A stretch of DNA of 63,752 nucleotides, filler included, from Octopus bimaculoides (GCF_001194135.2; 6 parts of 5 records of this genome joined end to end with filler, not necessarily neighbours in it), one strand, 5' to 3'. Positions 12,625 to 26,006 are shown, numbered from the whole stretch's first letter. The notes: generated by a model from the sequence alone, not told the origin. Translations and numbers: made by a program.

Positions 12625-15180
12625 TGAGGAAATAGAGTCACTCCCTCTCTCTCTCTCTCTCTCTCTCTCACCTACAAAATAGATGTATGCTTAAGTATTT
12701 ATGGGCAAACAAAGAATATGCACACCTAATGTTTATGGTTAGGGTTATGCCGAAAACAGGTGGTGTACATATTCTTTACATCCACCTATTTATGTACATG
12801 TATATGAAAGATTGTGTGTGTGTGTGTGAGAGAGAGAGGGAAAGAGAGAGTGAGAGAGAGAACGAGTGAATGACACACATACATACAAAAAAATTCATAC
12901 AGCTCAACACACACTTTCACTCACTCTCTCTCTCACACACACGTCCATTTCATATACTCATATACATGTGCATCCTTCACTTTTTCCTCTCTTTTACTTT
13001 ATCCACTCACTTCAAAGCAAATGTCGCTTTTTCACTTTATCCTCTCTTTCAATTTCTGCTCTCTTCAAAGCATAAAGAAATTAAAAGAATTTTACGGAAA
13101 TTAACAAACAATCATATGATCCCATATATGTTGAGTTGACAACTTTGCTTCTTCAACCGAAAGAATGCTGTAAAATAACTTCCTTTGACGCACACATACA
13201 CACACTCTAGGTAAAACTTCTGTGCGAATTATGTTATTTCTTGCAGTGCGCACACGCACATTTAAAGCTCAAATCCAATTGAAATGATCTTTTTCGGTTG
13301 TGTAATTTGTATTTGTGATGAACGTACTTACAAGCATGATCTTCGATATAAACTGAAAAGAAAGTTTTCCCAGAAATCCTGTTCTTTACCTCTTCTTTCT
13401 GGCATGTCCAAGGTGACATTTTTGCTCCCTTGCCTTAGTTTTTCCTAAATTTCTTCTGATTCCTTTGTTTGCAATACAGGACATTAGGATTTCACCCACA
13501 AAACACATTCTCAATATTTTAATTTTCTCCCTCTCCACACCAAATTCATTTTTTACTTTTTCTTGGTAATCCATGGAGAAAATACAGAGAGTACGAATCT
13601 TTAACAATTTTACCCATCACCTCACCACTTTCAAAAAGCTACAAACTTCCAATGTTTCACTTTTAGCTTTTTGGAAAGTGGGGAAGTTTCTTCAGAAATA
13701 ATGTTGTTTACCTGTTGTTTCTAGTATGTCGGGTTTTCTGGTGGGGGACTGGTATTTTTTAAGTTTACTATTTCAGTAAAATTCTATGCATGCAGGAAAC
13801 ATCAGACAAAAGTGAAAGCAAGTAGGTAATGGGTGGGTGAGGTGGTGGGAATGTTTTTATTTAATTTTTTTTCCTTTTACTTGTTTCAGCCATTTGACTG
13901 CAGCCATGCTGGAGCACAACTTTCTTTAAGAAAAAATTATTTCTCAGATTTGTAATCTCTGTATTTTCTATATAGATAACAAAAAAAAAAAAAAAAAAAA
14001 ATTCCAAAAGTTACAAATTAAGAAATTGCAGTGAGGATGGGGGGAAATCAAAATTTTGAAAACGTGATTTTCTGGACAAAATCCTATTAACCCCATTTTA
14101 TCTGCTGAAACAATACATAGTTTGTGATCCTTCTTAAGAACAGAAAGCACTTTCATGCAAATCCATGCAAATTGTACCCTTCCCTTCATTTTTGAACAAA
14201 CAATAATTTCCATTATGCCATTAACTATATATCAGCTATACCGATTCTGCCCATAAGGAGCAAATAATACAATGTGCTTGTAGGTCATAACACCCAGACA
14301 ATACCAGGATGCATTGCTAGTTTATATATAAATTAATCAAAGAACATACTAAGTATGTCTATCTACTGGAAATAACAGTCAAAACTCTTATTTAAAGCGC
14401 CAAAATATACTGATAGTAGCTACAGAAATCAACCAGAAAGCAAAATAGCCTCAGCTTTCTCAACCATCATGGTAACACGTGCTGAAGAAGCTGAGGCTAT
14501 CATGCCAGTGCAGAAACCGGTCCATGTGAGTCCAAATATTTGAATGTATGCTGGAAGATTGTCTTAGCCTGTTTGCCTTCAGACAGTTGATTTCAGTAGT
14601 TATTATCAATGTATTTAAATAAGAGTTTTGACTGTTATTTCCAGCAGGTAGACATGCTTAGTATGTCCTTTGATTAATTTTAATCCTTCAGCTATTTAAC
14701 CCTTTCATTACTATATTTCTGACCAAAATACACCCCTCATGAGTTTCAATTAAATTCTAAAATAATCATGAATTTAGACTAGTTTCATTAAACAACTGTA
14801 ACTTTTTTACCTATCAACATATTAATGTGATATTTGGAACAATTAAAGAAAGGGTTCTTAATGAATTCTATTGCATAACTTTTGTCTCAAAGTGACTCTA
14901 ATTACAGGTAAATCTAGGTAAAAATATTAAAATTTTGTTTAAACATCACCATAGAAAATGAATCATCAGCTAATATTCAATTGGGTTTGCAACAAAATTT
15001 TGATATAGAAGAATTGTACACATCACTAGATTATCCGTTGAATTTAATTAACAGAAGAACAGGTGTACAATAAAGGTGAAATAAACTGAAATATTGGAAT
15101 TTGTTTTTTAAGAAAACTAGAAAATTAAATACATCAACTATATGAAATATGCTCACACACATAGATGAATACACAGGAAA

Positions 15181-15419
15181 CATCATCATCATCATCATCA
15201 TCGTTTAACGTCCGCCTTCCATGCTAGCATGGGTTGGACGATTTGACTGAGGACTGGTGAAACCGGATGGCAACACTAGGCTCCAATCTAATTTGGCAGA
15301 GTTTCTACAGCTGGATGCCCTTCCTAACGCCAACCACTCAGAGAGTGTAGTGGGTGCTTTTACGTGTCACCCGCACGAAAACGGCCACGCTCGAAATGGT
15401 GTCTTTTATGTGCCACCCG
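15181..15419 (-). mobile_element. RTE-type 3' end / SINE-like repeat, runs into a gap
   Basis: (CAT)n-TTTAACGTCCGCCTTCCATGCTAGCATGGGTTGGACG family sequence. Confidence 0.8.
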
Positions 15420-16315
15420 NNNNNNNNNNNNNNNNNNNNNNNNNNNNNNNNNNNNNNNNNNNNNNNNNNNNNNNNNNNNNNNNNNNNNNNNNNNNNNNNN
15501 NNNNNNNNNNNNNNNNNNNNNNNNNNNNNNNNNNNNNNNNNNNNNNNNNNNNNNNNNNNNNNNNNNNNNNNNNNNNNNNNNNNNNNNNNNNNNNNNNNNN
15601 NNNNNNNNNNNNNNNNNNNNNNNNNNNNNNNNNNNNNNNNNNNNNNNNNNNNNNNNNNNNNNNNNNNNNNNNNNNNNNNNNNNNNNNNNNNNNNNNNNNN
15701 NNNNNNNNNNNNNNNNNNNNNNNNNNNNNNNNNNNNNNNNNNNNNNNNNNNNNNNNNNNNNNNNNNNNNNNNNNNNNNNNNNNNNNNNNNNNNNNNNNNN
15801 NNNNNNNNNNNNNNNNNNNNNNNNNNNNNNNNNNNNNNNNNNNNNNNNNNNNNNNNNNNNNNNNNNNNNNNNNNNNNNNNNNNNNNNNNNNNNNNNNNNN
15901 NNNNNNNNNNNNNNNNNNNNNNNNNNNNNNNNNNNNNNNNNNNNNNNNNNNNNNNNNNNNNNNNNNNNNNNNNNNNNNNNNNNNNNNNNNNNNNNNNNNN
16001 NNNNNNNNNNNNNNNNNNNNNNNNNNNNNNNNNNNNNNNNNNNNNNNNNNNNNNNNNNNNNNNNNNNNNNNNNNNNNNNNNNNNNNNNNNNNNNNNNNNN
16101 NNNNNNNNNNNNNNNNNNNNNNNNNNNNNNNNNNNNNNNNNNNNNNNNNNNNNNNNNNNNNNNNNNNNNNNNNNNNNNNNNNNNNNNNNNNNNNNNNNNN
16201 NNNNNNNNNNNNNNNNNNNNNNNNNNNNNNNNNNNNNNNNNNNNNNNNNNNNNNNNNNNNNNNNNNNNNNNNNNNNNNNNNNNNNNNNNNNNNNNNNNNN
16301 NNNNNNNNNNNNNNN

Positions 16316-17370
16316 ACATACTGCAACCTTGCAGAATGCACATTGGAAAGATGTTTCAACTGGCCATCCACTGGGAGATTTTCTTTGTTAATGTAGACAT
16401 TCACGGCACTGCTTTTGCAACTCCCAATTTTTTTTCTAATTTATGGACATCAGCTGAACTCAGAGGGATATCTCACTGGCACGTTTTGCTTTTCCTTCCT
16501 GCAGTTGTTTTTTTGGAGGAATAACCTGCCCTCAACTGCATTGCTACATCTGCTTGGAACTGCAGATGGTCACACCAGTCCTGATTTGGTATATAATATA
16601 AATGCATTTACAATGTTCATGTTTACTACATATCAAACCAGGTATCGCCACCATTTATTACCCGGTCTACCAGCTGAATAATAACTCATCATCTGGCTCA
16701 GCCGATCCACACCGCCCATGTACCTGTTATAATCAAAGTTCACAAACGGGGTGCCATTTTCATCTATACATAGTTGTACACTGGTAGATAAAAAATTTAT
16801 CTGCCTCTTATCTCTATATGCGGTCGCTAGCAGATTTCCTTTCTGTCATTGGATTATTTCACCTCTTTCTTTTAATTTTGCTTTTTTTTTTTATCCAATG
16901 GCAGCCCTTTTCTACTAGCAATTACTGTAGCACATGTATACATTATCACAGCTTCTAAATCCACCACAAGTTTGATCGAACTAAAAAATCAGTCAAAAGA
17001 TAACATATAGCCCTGCTTATGGTGTGGAAGTGATAAATTCCAGACCACATTGCACCCTAGGCCATGCTAACTAACATTATTGTCTCTTTTCCCTGTATAA
17101 AAACTAAATCCACAGCAGTACCCAGTATTTGCTTCACAAATTTTCCAAACTTTGATCCCGCATTTCGTGGGCTTTCTTGGCATATATTATTTGTTTACAT
17201 TCTACATAACAGTTTGTTTCTGCAGTGACTGCTTCAAACAAGCATACTGGAAAAAAAAAGAAAAAAGTCTAACAGTTTCACTCCCTGAGAAAGACAGACT
17301 CCCATCTCCTCAGAAAAATTGTTAATAAAAACATTTTAAAAGTTTTTACTCCATTCCGATGTAAAATCGT
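16316..17370 (-). pseudogene. piggyBac transposase remnant
   Basis: Minus-strand fragments resemble KPTKCGIKVWKICEANTGY, FD*FFSS and DYNRYMGGVDRLSQMMSYY...KWWRYL, with C-terminal QCREC...ETSFQCAFCKVAVC. Contains stops and frameshifts; flanked by gaps. Confidence 0.9.
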
Positions 17371-18309
17371 NNNNNNNNNNNNNNNNNNNNNNNNNNNNNN
17401 NNNNNNNNNNNNNNNNNNNNNNNNNNNNNNNNNNNNNNNNNNNNNNNNNNNNNNNNNNNNNNNNNNNNNNNNNNNNNNNNNNNNNNNNNNNNNNNNNNNN
17501 NNNNNNNNNNNNNNNNNNNNNNNNNNNNNNNNNNNNNNNNNNNNNNNNNNNNNNNNNNNNNNNNNNNNNNNNNNNNNNNNNNNNNNNNNNNNNNNNNNNN
17601 NNNNNNNNNNNNNNNNNNNNNNNNNNNNNNNNNNNNNNNNNNNNNNNNNNNNNNNNNNNNNNNNNNNNNNNNNNNNNNNNNNNNNNNNNNNNNNNNNNNN
17701 NNNNNNNNNNNNNNNNNNNNNNNNNNNNNNNNNNNNNNNNNNNNNNNNNNNNNNNNNNNNNNNNNNNNNNNNNNNNNNNNNNNNNNNNNNNNNNNNNNNN
17801 NNNNNNNNNNNNNNNNNNNNNNNNNNNNNNNNNNNNNNNNNNNNNNNNNNNNNNNNNNNNNNNNNNNNNNNNNNNNNNNNNNNNNNNNNNNNNNNNNNNN
17901 NNNNNNNNNNNNNNNNNNNNNNNNNNNNNNNNNNNNNNNNNNNNNNNNNNNNNNNNNNNNNNNNNNNNNNNNNNNNNNNNNNNNNNNNNNNNNNNNNNNN
18001 NNNNNNNNNNNNNNNNNNNNNNNNNNNNNNNNNNNNNNNNNNNNNNNNNNNNNNNNNNNNNNNNNNNNNNNNNNNNNNNNNNNNNNNNNNNNNNNNNNNN
18101 NNNNNNNNNNNNNNNNNNNNGATTAAAACAGTATAGTTTGTATATATATATAACTATTGTGTTGAAACAGGTGATACAGGAAAGTGCAGCATTGATGACA
18201 AAATATTTATGGAGTAAATTTTAAAGCTTTGCATAAATGACAATTTGAGTTGAGTACACCAAAATGGAACAGAATTATCATTTTTATAAGAATGGGATGG
18301 ATCATATCT

Positions 18310-18680
18310 GAAAGCAGCTCCAGGTATTGTGAAGAATGAATTTGTATGTGATCTGTTTCTGAGAGCTGTTCTGTTGGACCTCTATGTAATCTGGCATGCT
18401 AAATGTTGTTTTAATGACTCAGCATTAAGTGCTGCAACATGCATTTGCTAATCTTGAGAAAGTGTCACCTCCCTTCTGTCTTGGGACCTCATCAAACGTG
18501 TTGCAGCATGCTTTTGCTGATATTGAGAAAGTCTCCTCTCCCTTCTCTCTTGAGACTGTATTCGATGTGCTGCAGCATGCGTTTGCTGATCTTGAGAAAG
18601 TGTCATGCTTCTTATCTCTTGAGACTCGCCTTCGTTTTTCTGCACTCCTCCTTGCTTTATAGGAGATTCCTGTTGGCATT
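18310..18680 (-). mobile_element. Helitron-associated fragment with three 69-bp tandem repeats
   Basis: Units start at 18429, 18498 and 18567. The adjacent 18310-18400 is homologous to ~11950-12030 inside the Helitron. Confidence 0.6.
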
Positions 18681-18914
18681 TTAGGAACTACATAATAGTG
18701 ATGATATTGGTATTAGTGATAATTACACCACAACGGGAACTTGATTGCTGATAGGAGTAGGAAATAACCCTCTACTTTTTACCCTCATAGCCAACAGATG
18801 GTGTAGCTGAAGGAAGGCAACACAGCCAGAAGCTGATGACCAGCAGCAAAAGGAGATAATTCCCATTGTTTATTTCTGTATCGTTTCCCCCTCTGTATTT
18901 TCCAAGAGCCCATA

Positions 18915-19930
18915 GGCCAGCAGGTCTTAGGTACACATTTCTCTCCTATGACATCACGATCCTCTCATGAAACACCTCAAGTCTTTGGTCCTCACGACAC
19001 AGAACATTGGCAACTTTTTTCTTATCTGCTTCCTCTCTGGCTAAATAAAACTGTCTCCTAGCTTCCCTTCTGGCAGTCTGATGCAATTCCCTGCTACCAC
19101 CGTTCTTCCAGTCCTTCCATGCCTGTTACTTTTTCCTAATGGCCCTGTCAACTACATTGTTCCACCACCACGTTTTCTTGGGTTGAGAGGGGACTTTACA
19201 CTATCCACAGATCTGGTCAGTAGCCCTCAACAGGTTGTCCTGTAGAAACCTCCAGTTGTCTTCCACATATCCCCATTCTATTTCGTCAAAAGCTTCGAGT
19301 CATATGCCTCTAAATCTCTGTCCACTAGCAGGATCGTTAAGCTTTCAGACCCTTCTCCTCCATGCTGGTTGTCTTCCGGGCATCCATTTAGCCCTGATCC
19401 TGAAGTCGCTAACTACTAATCTATGTTGTGGGGTGCATTCTTCACCTGGGAAGGTTTTGGNNNNNNNNNNTAATCTATGTTGTGGGGTGCATTCTTCACC
19501 TGGGAAGGTTTTGGCATTTATAAGTAGCCATCTTTCCTGTTTCCTGGCGAGGATGTAGTCAATTTGACTAGTGTGTCTACCAGATCAGTAGGTGAATAGG
19601 TGACTGGCAGGTTTCCTGAAGTTAGTGTTACAAACCATAAGATCATTTGCATAACAGAACTACAGCAGCCTGGTTCCCTCCCTCATTGCAGGAGCCAAAA
19701 CTATAGCCTCCATGTACACCATGGAAGCCCACTGCATCTTGTCCATCATGCCCATTGAAGTCACCAGCTACAAAGAGAAGGTCCCTGTCACTCGTTGATG
19801 AGGTAGTCTGCAAGAGGGTGTCATAAAATTGGTCTTTCTGACCATCATGTAGCCCCAGCTGATGGGCATAAGCCGAGATAATGGTTGCTAACCCCTGATG
19901 CAGTACTTATCTAATCTTAAGTATTCTATC
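18915..19930 (-). mobile_element. Degenerate RTE LINE (endonuclease end and linker)
   Basis: DYILARKQ...GEECTPQHRLVVSDF and KKTWWWNNVVDRAIRKK*QAWKDWK motifs. Confidence 0.85.
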
Positions 19931-21686
19931 GCAGATTCTGACTACCTTGCTTACCTTATCAACCCATTTCTCTGCAAGAAGTGTACCCACACCCCCGACA
20001 CCGTCAGTGTTCCCTGCCCGGAAAATCTTATACTTATGTTTTTTGCCTGTGAGGAACCTAACAGAACCTCCTCTCCACATCTGGATGCGTGTAGTTTCAT
20101 TCTTAATAATATGCTCATGTATTGTTTATAACAAAAAAAAAAGAAAGAGAAGCTGCATGTATAACACATAACTTAGAAGCAGCGCTACAGATATACCAAC
20201 ACACACGAGATTGAAACATAGCCAACCTCACACACTTCTCATGAGGAATTCCGGAAGGAGCTTTGTGAGACCACTACTGTGAATTGTATTCCGAAATATC
20301 ATCGGACTATAGATGACTAAATTATAAAAAGTATATAGTCCATTTTTTGTATTATAGTGCATTGTTGTACCATTCAAAACTTTTTATTCTTTACAAACAA
20401 TACACAATGTTTCAAGCGAACTACAATACTCTCTTATCTCTACACATCTCTGTTCAAGCATCTCAACAATCTCACCAGACCTACCTTTCAGTGTGCCCAC
20501 ACACAGTGTGCCCACATTGGGCCACACATCCCATACCCTCAGGGTTGGCAACCTTGAGGGTATGGGATGTGTGGCCCATGAGACCTTGAGATGGGGGACA
20601 GCAGTGTCATGTACCTAAAAAGAAAGCTTGCATTTGGTAGAACTCATAAACATACAATACTCTTCAACCTGCATACACCATACTATCATTTTTATGCTCT
20701 ATATGATCACTACATTACATAGGAGATAAACCCTAAGTAGGGAGGTGGCCTTTATCCTTTAGAAGTGTTCATGGGAGACATCCAATAGAGGTCAGAGGAT
20801 AGAGACTTCCTGGTGGCAGTGGGAGGGCAGGTACACCGTGAAACAACAGAGACTCAAGCTGCTGGTGTCAGAGAATATTATGTTAATAGTGAGATAGAAT
20901 TGGGCATTTGAAAATCTGAACTAGAGCTATAACCAAGAGTTTTCGGTCAGCCAATCTGTGACAAAATTAGATAAATGAATGAATAAATGACGATAATAAA
21001 TGAGCATGAAAGAGAGAGAATTGGATCGAGTGAAGGGATCTTAAGTTTGTTTTTGTTTTAAACATACAGCGTGGAAGACAAAACTATGTTTACATAGGTA
21101 ATGAAACAGAATAATGAAATGAACTAATAAGGTAATTATGATGATTTGCGCTGAAAGAGAAGGATTAGATGTACTAAGTTGAAAGAACAAGAATGCTTAT
21201 CTGAACATCTTCTGGTTTTCTACTCTTTTGCCAAGGTGATTAAAATGAGGTAGGGAAATCTTAGTGAGCTACTTTATATAGGGTCGGGTAGGGGAGAAGA
21301 AGGTAAGTGTTGGGGAAGCAAGTGGTTATCAAAACTTTGCAAACAACTTGCACATACAAGTGCTACCATTAGAAAGCTCTGCATACTGGAATCCAGCAAG
21401 TGCATAGGGACATCAGGAGAGAATGCACATCATTTCAAGGCCTACCTCTCAATGGCATCATTGTGCACTCCCCTCCCACTCACTGAAATGAAGCCCCACT
21501 TGCTACATCAACTGGTTATCAGATATAGCTCAATATTCTTGTAGCCATCACTCATCATCTCTTTGTAACCAAATCCAGTGGCTCATCTTTTCCACTGTAG
21601 TTTGGGTATAACTCATGGTGGTATTTGCTTTATGATGAGTTAGGCCTAATGATAAAGGCATGGATACAAGCCAAACTGTAAGCACT

Positions 21687-22835
21687 ATCATCATCATCAT
21701 CATTTAACATCTGTTGTCCATGCTGATATGGATTGGACTGTTTGACCGGGATGGCATGCTAGAAGGCTGCACCAGACTCCTGTCTGATTTGGCATGGTTT
21801 TCTACGGCTGGATGCCCTTCCTAACACCAACCACTCTGAGAGTGTAATGGGTGCCATTTGCATGACACCACAGTGCTTTTACATAGACCAGCATGGGTGC
21901 CAATTTGCATGACTGCAATTTCGCTTGGCTTGATGGGTCTTCTTCTCAAGTATGACATAATGCCAAAGGTCTAGGTCATTGCCTCTGTGAGGCCCAATAC
22001 TCACAAGGAAGTCAGCCATTTTGCTTCTGTGAGGTCCAATGCTTGAAAGGTGTTCTTTACATGCCACCAGCACAGGTGCACTTGGCTTGACAGGTCCTCT
22101 CGAGCACAGCACATCGCCAAAGGCCTTGGTCACTAGTCATTGCTTCTGTGAGGCTCAAAGTTTGAAGATCATGCTTCACCACCTCATTCCATGTCTTCAT
22201 GGGTCTACCTCTAACACAGGTTCCCTACACAGTTAGAAATCAGCACTTCTTTACACATCTGTCCTCATCCATACACATCACATGACCATACCAGCGCAGT
22301 CATCTCTCTTGCACACCCCGTCTGATGACTCTTATTCCCAACTTTTCTCTCAAGATGCTTACACTCTGTTGAACATAAACACTGACATTGCACATTTAGC
22401 GAAGCATACTGCCTTCATTTCTTCCAAGCCTAAACGTCCTCAGCTGTCACAGCCCATGTTTCACTGCCATGCAGCATAGCTGTTCACACACAGGCATCAA
22501 ACAATCTGCCTTTCACTCTGCGAGAGAGGCCCTTTGTTGGCAGCAGGGGTAGGAGTTCTCTGAGCTTTGCCCATCCTAATCTTATTCTTACAGCTACGCT
22601 CTCAGAGCATCCACCACCACTACTAATTTGGTCACCTAAATAATAGAAGCTATCTACTACCTCTAGCTTCCCCCCCTCCCCTGGCAGTTGATGGAGTCTA
22701 TTTTCTGTCCATTTTCAGTGTTTGTTGTACTTGTGCATCTTCCACATACAAAAACTAGTTTCCTTGTTAACCTTCCTCTGATATTGCTGCACCTTTTATG
22801 TGTCCAAAGATTACACTTATGGAGTTTCTACCTAC
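21687..22835 (-). mobile_element. 5'-truncated RTE LINE with 3' UTR and (ATG)n tail
   Basis: KLEVVDSFYYLGDQISSGGGCSESVAVRIRLGWAKLRELLPLL...LHGSETWA...LRWYGHV...RGRPMKTWNEVVKHDL, followed by the family 3' UTR. Confidence 0.88.
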
Positions 22836-24980
22836 ACCTTTTCTACAGATTCATTTTATATTTACCTGGTAGCTTTGAGCTATCAATTGCTGTTAATCCA
22901 TCCTCGGTTTGTTTCATAAGTTGCATCCCACGACTACTATATGACAATGTTCCTGCCTATACACGTCCCAAGCTCGTAAAGGGTCCTTCCATGACTGTTG
23001 GAATGTTTTCTTAAGCTATTTTAAACTTAACTTCTTTTTGCACTCCCTTAATAAATGTCAGATTACACGACTTTTTTCCCTTGAATTGCATCCTTGACTA
23101 CTTCACAAGTTCGTCTAGCCTCAAGAGAACACTCTGCATGATTTGCTTGTCTGTTGACAGAAGTGTCACGTATTCCATGAATGCCTTCTTAGGTGATTGT
23201 GCATGAGTGATTTGTTCTGAAAAGTCTGCTGCTTTCAAAATCTCTCCATGACTAGGATAAACCACGTGACATATTGTGCAGCCAGCAGCAATGCCAATCT
23301 GTTGTAAAATTTCCAGCTGTAAACCTCATCTCGAAACTGTCATAATATACACTCATTAATCTAGTTACTTTCTCCAGCATATGGAAGCGGTCCATGGCTC
23401 TCATCAGTAATTCGTGTGGCACTGAGTTATGTGCATTAGCTATTTCAAGCCATACAATGTTCTGACTTGTCTTGTTCTGTTTGGTATCATGGATTGCTTT
23501 CCAAATCAAAAAACAATGCTGAATGCATCCAGGGATCCCACGGATTCCGGACTTTTGAACAGATTCATCAACATATCCATTACTCTGAAGATATGCCACT
23601 GTTCTCCTTGAGAGAATTCCCATAAAGATCTTGCTTTCCACTTTCAATAAGTATATCAGTCTAAAATGTTTTATAGTCTCTACATTGGCCTCCTTTGGCA
23701 GGTATATGCGTTCTGCCTTACACTAATCTCTACTAGAGTTTCTTCGTGTCACAACTGTCAAAGCAGGACAAAGAGCTTCTTTTGTAGACTATTGCAATAT
23801 TTATATACTTTATATGAAATACCATCACTTCCTGGAGCACTCTTTGCTCACAAAATCATTCACCTCTTTCTCCCTAATGTCCTCAATTTGAAATTCGATA
23901 TCAAGTTCTAAGAGATGCTTTAACCCATTTATAGTTGGCAGTGGCTGTTTACGGTTTGGATTGCTGTAGGTTTCTTTGATATGAGCATCCAATTCTTCTT
24001 TTGTGCATGATAAAGTGTCACTCTTTGGTTCAATGAACAGCTTCTTAGTAACACCATACGGGTTCTTCTGAAATTGTACACGAGTCCTTTTACTTTCTTT
24101 TCTTCTCTCATATCGGCGGATATATCATTGTACATAACAGTATTTCCTTCTTAAATCTTCATACAGCAGCACAAGGCCAGGTTTTCCATCTTCCTCTGCA
24201 CATTTCCATTGCTTTCTTTTCCCATCTCAACTGTTTCATTTTTCTGATCACTAGTCAGGTCCCATATTTCACTCCAAATAATTCCTTTCCTGTATCATAT
24301 ATTAAGCTTGCTAACTTTCCCAGTTTCTCCACTGTAAATCCTGTCATTTTATAAAGAGCTTGACATATCTTGTTCTCAAACTGTTTATATCTTCCTTTCT
24401 CATTAGCAGCAGGCTACAGAAACCTTGGTTTCCTCCAAGTACTATCTGATGCACCAGTCTCATAACCTGCAGTTTCCTGTCAGGAAGAGGTCTTTGCTGT
24501 GGCATTTATCGGTCTGCTGTAGTATGAGTACAGGGATGATTTACCATGTATTTTACAATCAGATGATCCACACTATTCTGTCCTCTTTCTACAAGTCTTT
24601 CCATGATGTATCTTCAAGCCTCTCTCGGTTGCAAAGGGCCTACAGCACAGCTTGCATCAAGGTCATTTCCCTGTCAACTGGGTTTGATTGATTCTCGACT
24701 CCCTCCTCTCAGTCAATCATGGGGATGTCGTTTTCACTGGTAGTTGTTGCAATATGTTACAGAGACAAGGATTGTCAGTCGCCAGCCACCACCCATCATT
24801 CCTGGCGTCAATGGGCTTTCTCATTGTCAGCTTGTCTTTCTGGTATGTCAGTGGTTATCTACAACAAGTTCATGGATGTTTTGCAAACAACTTGCAAATG
24901 TAAGTGCTACCAGTCAAAAGCTCCCCATACCGGAAGCCAGCAGGTGTATGGGGTCATTAGGAGAGGATGCGTGCCGTTTT
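22836..24980 (-). mobile_element. Degenerate HERO-like (restriction-like-endonuclease class) non-LTR retrotransposon
   Basis: ESKIFMGILSRRTVAYLQSNGYVDESVQKSGIRGIPGCIQH...WLEIANAHNSVPHELL, then KAFMEYVTLLS and ENIPTV..GPFTSLGR. The clade assignment is from recollection and the upstream boundary is approximate. Confidence 0.75.
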
Positions 24981-25054
24981 GGGGCACGCATATATACACA
25001 CACACACATATATATATATGTATACACATACATATATATATACATACATATATA

Positions 25055-25777
25055 TCTATAATATAAATTGAAGTTGGGTGGATTCACATGAAAAATGGCA
25101 CACATGTGGAGACGGGTGCATAGATTGGAGCGTGCTTTCTATTTTTTCCTAGCCTCCATACTTACAGAGAACATCGATTAAAACAACCTGTGTGTATGTG
25201 AGTGTGTGTCACTGAAGCCATTCATACATATATACATATTAATTAATAAATAAACTGAATGATAAATTTCAGTTATCTCTCTCTCCTATATACATACACC
25301 ATCAACATTACTCTCTCTGTCGCGCACACCCCATCAAACATACACACTCACACACACACAAACATACGCATGCACATCAATTCTCGACTCTCACCACAAC
25401 TTCAAAAGAAGTTCAGTCATAAAACTGTCCATGTCTCTTCATTTGACGCCCACTTCAAAAGATCGCCTTTCCGTTTCGTTTGTCCGGCCATTGATCGAGA
25501 GATAAAATACAAACCAACTCCTGCTAAATGCAAAAATCCCACCAAAAATACACACACAAACGGACGTTTCATGTCTTTCAGTTTCTCTATGATTATACAC
25601 GCAGCAAAAACGATAGATCTTACATACATTTTAATCTTCAACAGGTATGTATCAATTTCTATAATATAAATTGTTTTTCTGTAAGCGCATAACAATTACT
25701 TATTCCATAGTTCATAACTGAAAACAATCACAGCCACATCATCCAAACAGACCGGGTGAAACCGGGTTTAGCTGCTA

Positions 25778-25778
<1 letters not shown>
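25055..25778 (+). mobile_element. Non-autonomous Helitron
   Basis: A|TCTATAATATAAATTGAAG start, ACCGGGTGAAACCGGG subterminal motif and CTAG|T end. Same family as 11788-12624. Confidence 0.82.
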
Positions 25779-25815
<37 letters not shown>

Positions 25816-26006
25816 NNNNNNNNNNTATGAAGAGCAATCTTCAGCTGCACGAAAAAATGTAGAAAAAAAGACATATTACAAATGTGGCAACATATTAAAA
25901 CCAAGTGGGAGAGAGCAGAGGAAGAATATATAAGTCCATCTTGACATAGCAGGGTCTATCAGGCTAGTCGGGTGCCTTCGCATAAGTACCATAGTCAAGC
26001 CTTGAA

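Noticed and set aside
14440-14526. Open frame ending at CAT|GTGAGT, with an 11-bp inverted repeat
   Set aside because: It does not encode the expected SPRYD3 GDxMGCG continuation, and its acceptor is uncertain.
15257-16524. Long ORFs of 300-420 aa in the track (also near 31.3-32.6, 40.6-41.3 and 61-62 kb)
   Set aside because: They are open only because they cross N gaps or low-complexity tracts.
19417-19514. 44-bp direct repeat either side of a 10-N gap
   Set aside because: Unmerged contig overlap within the RTE fragment.
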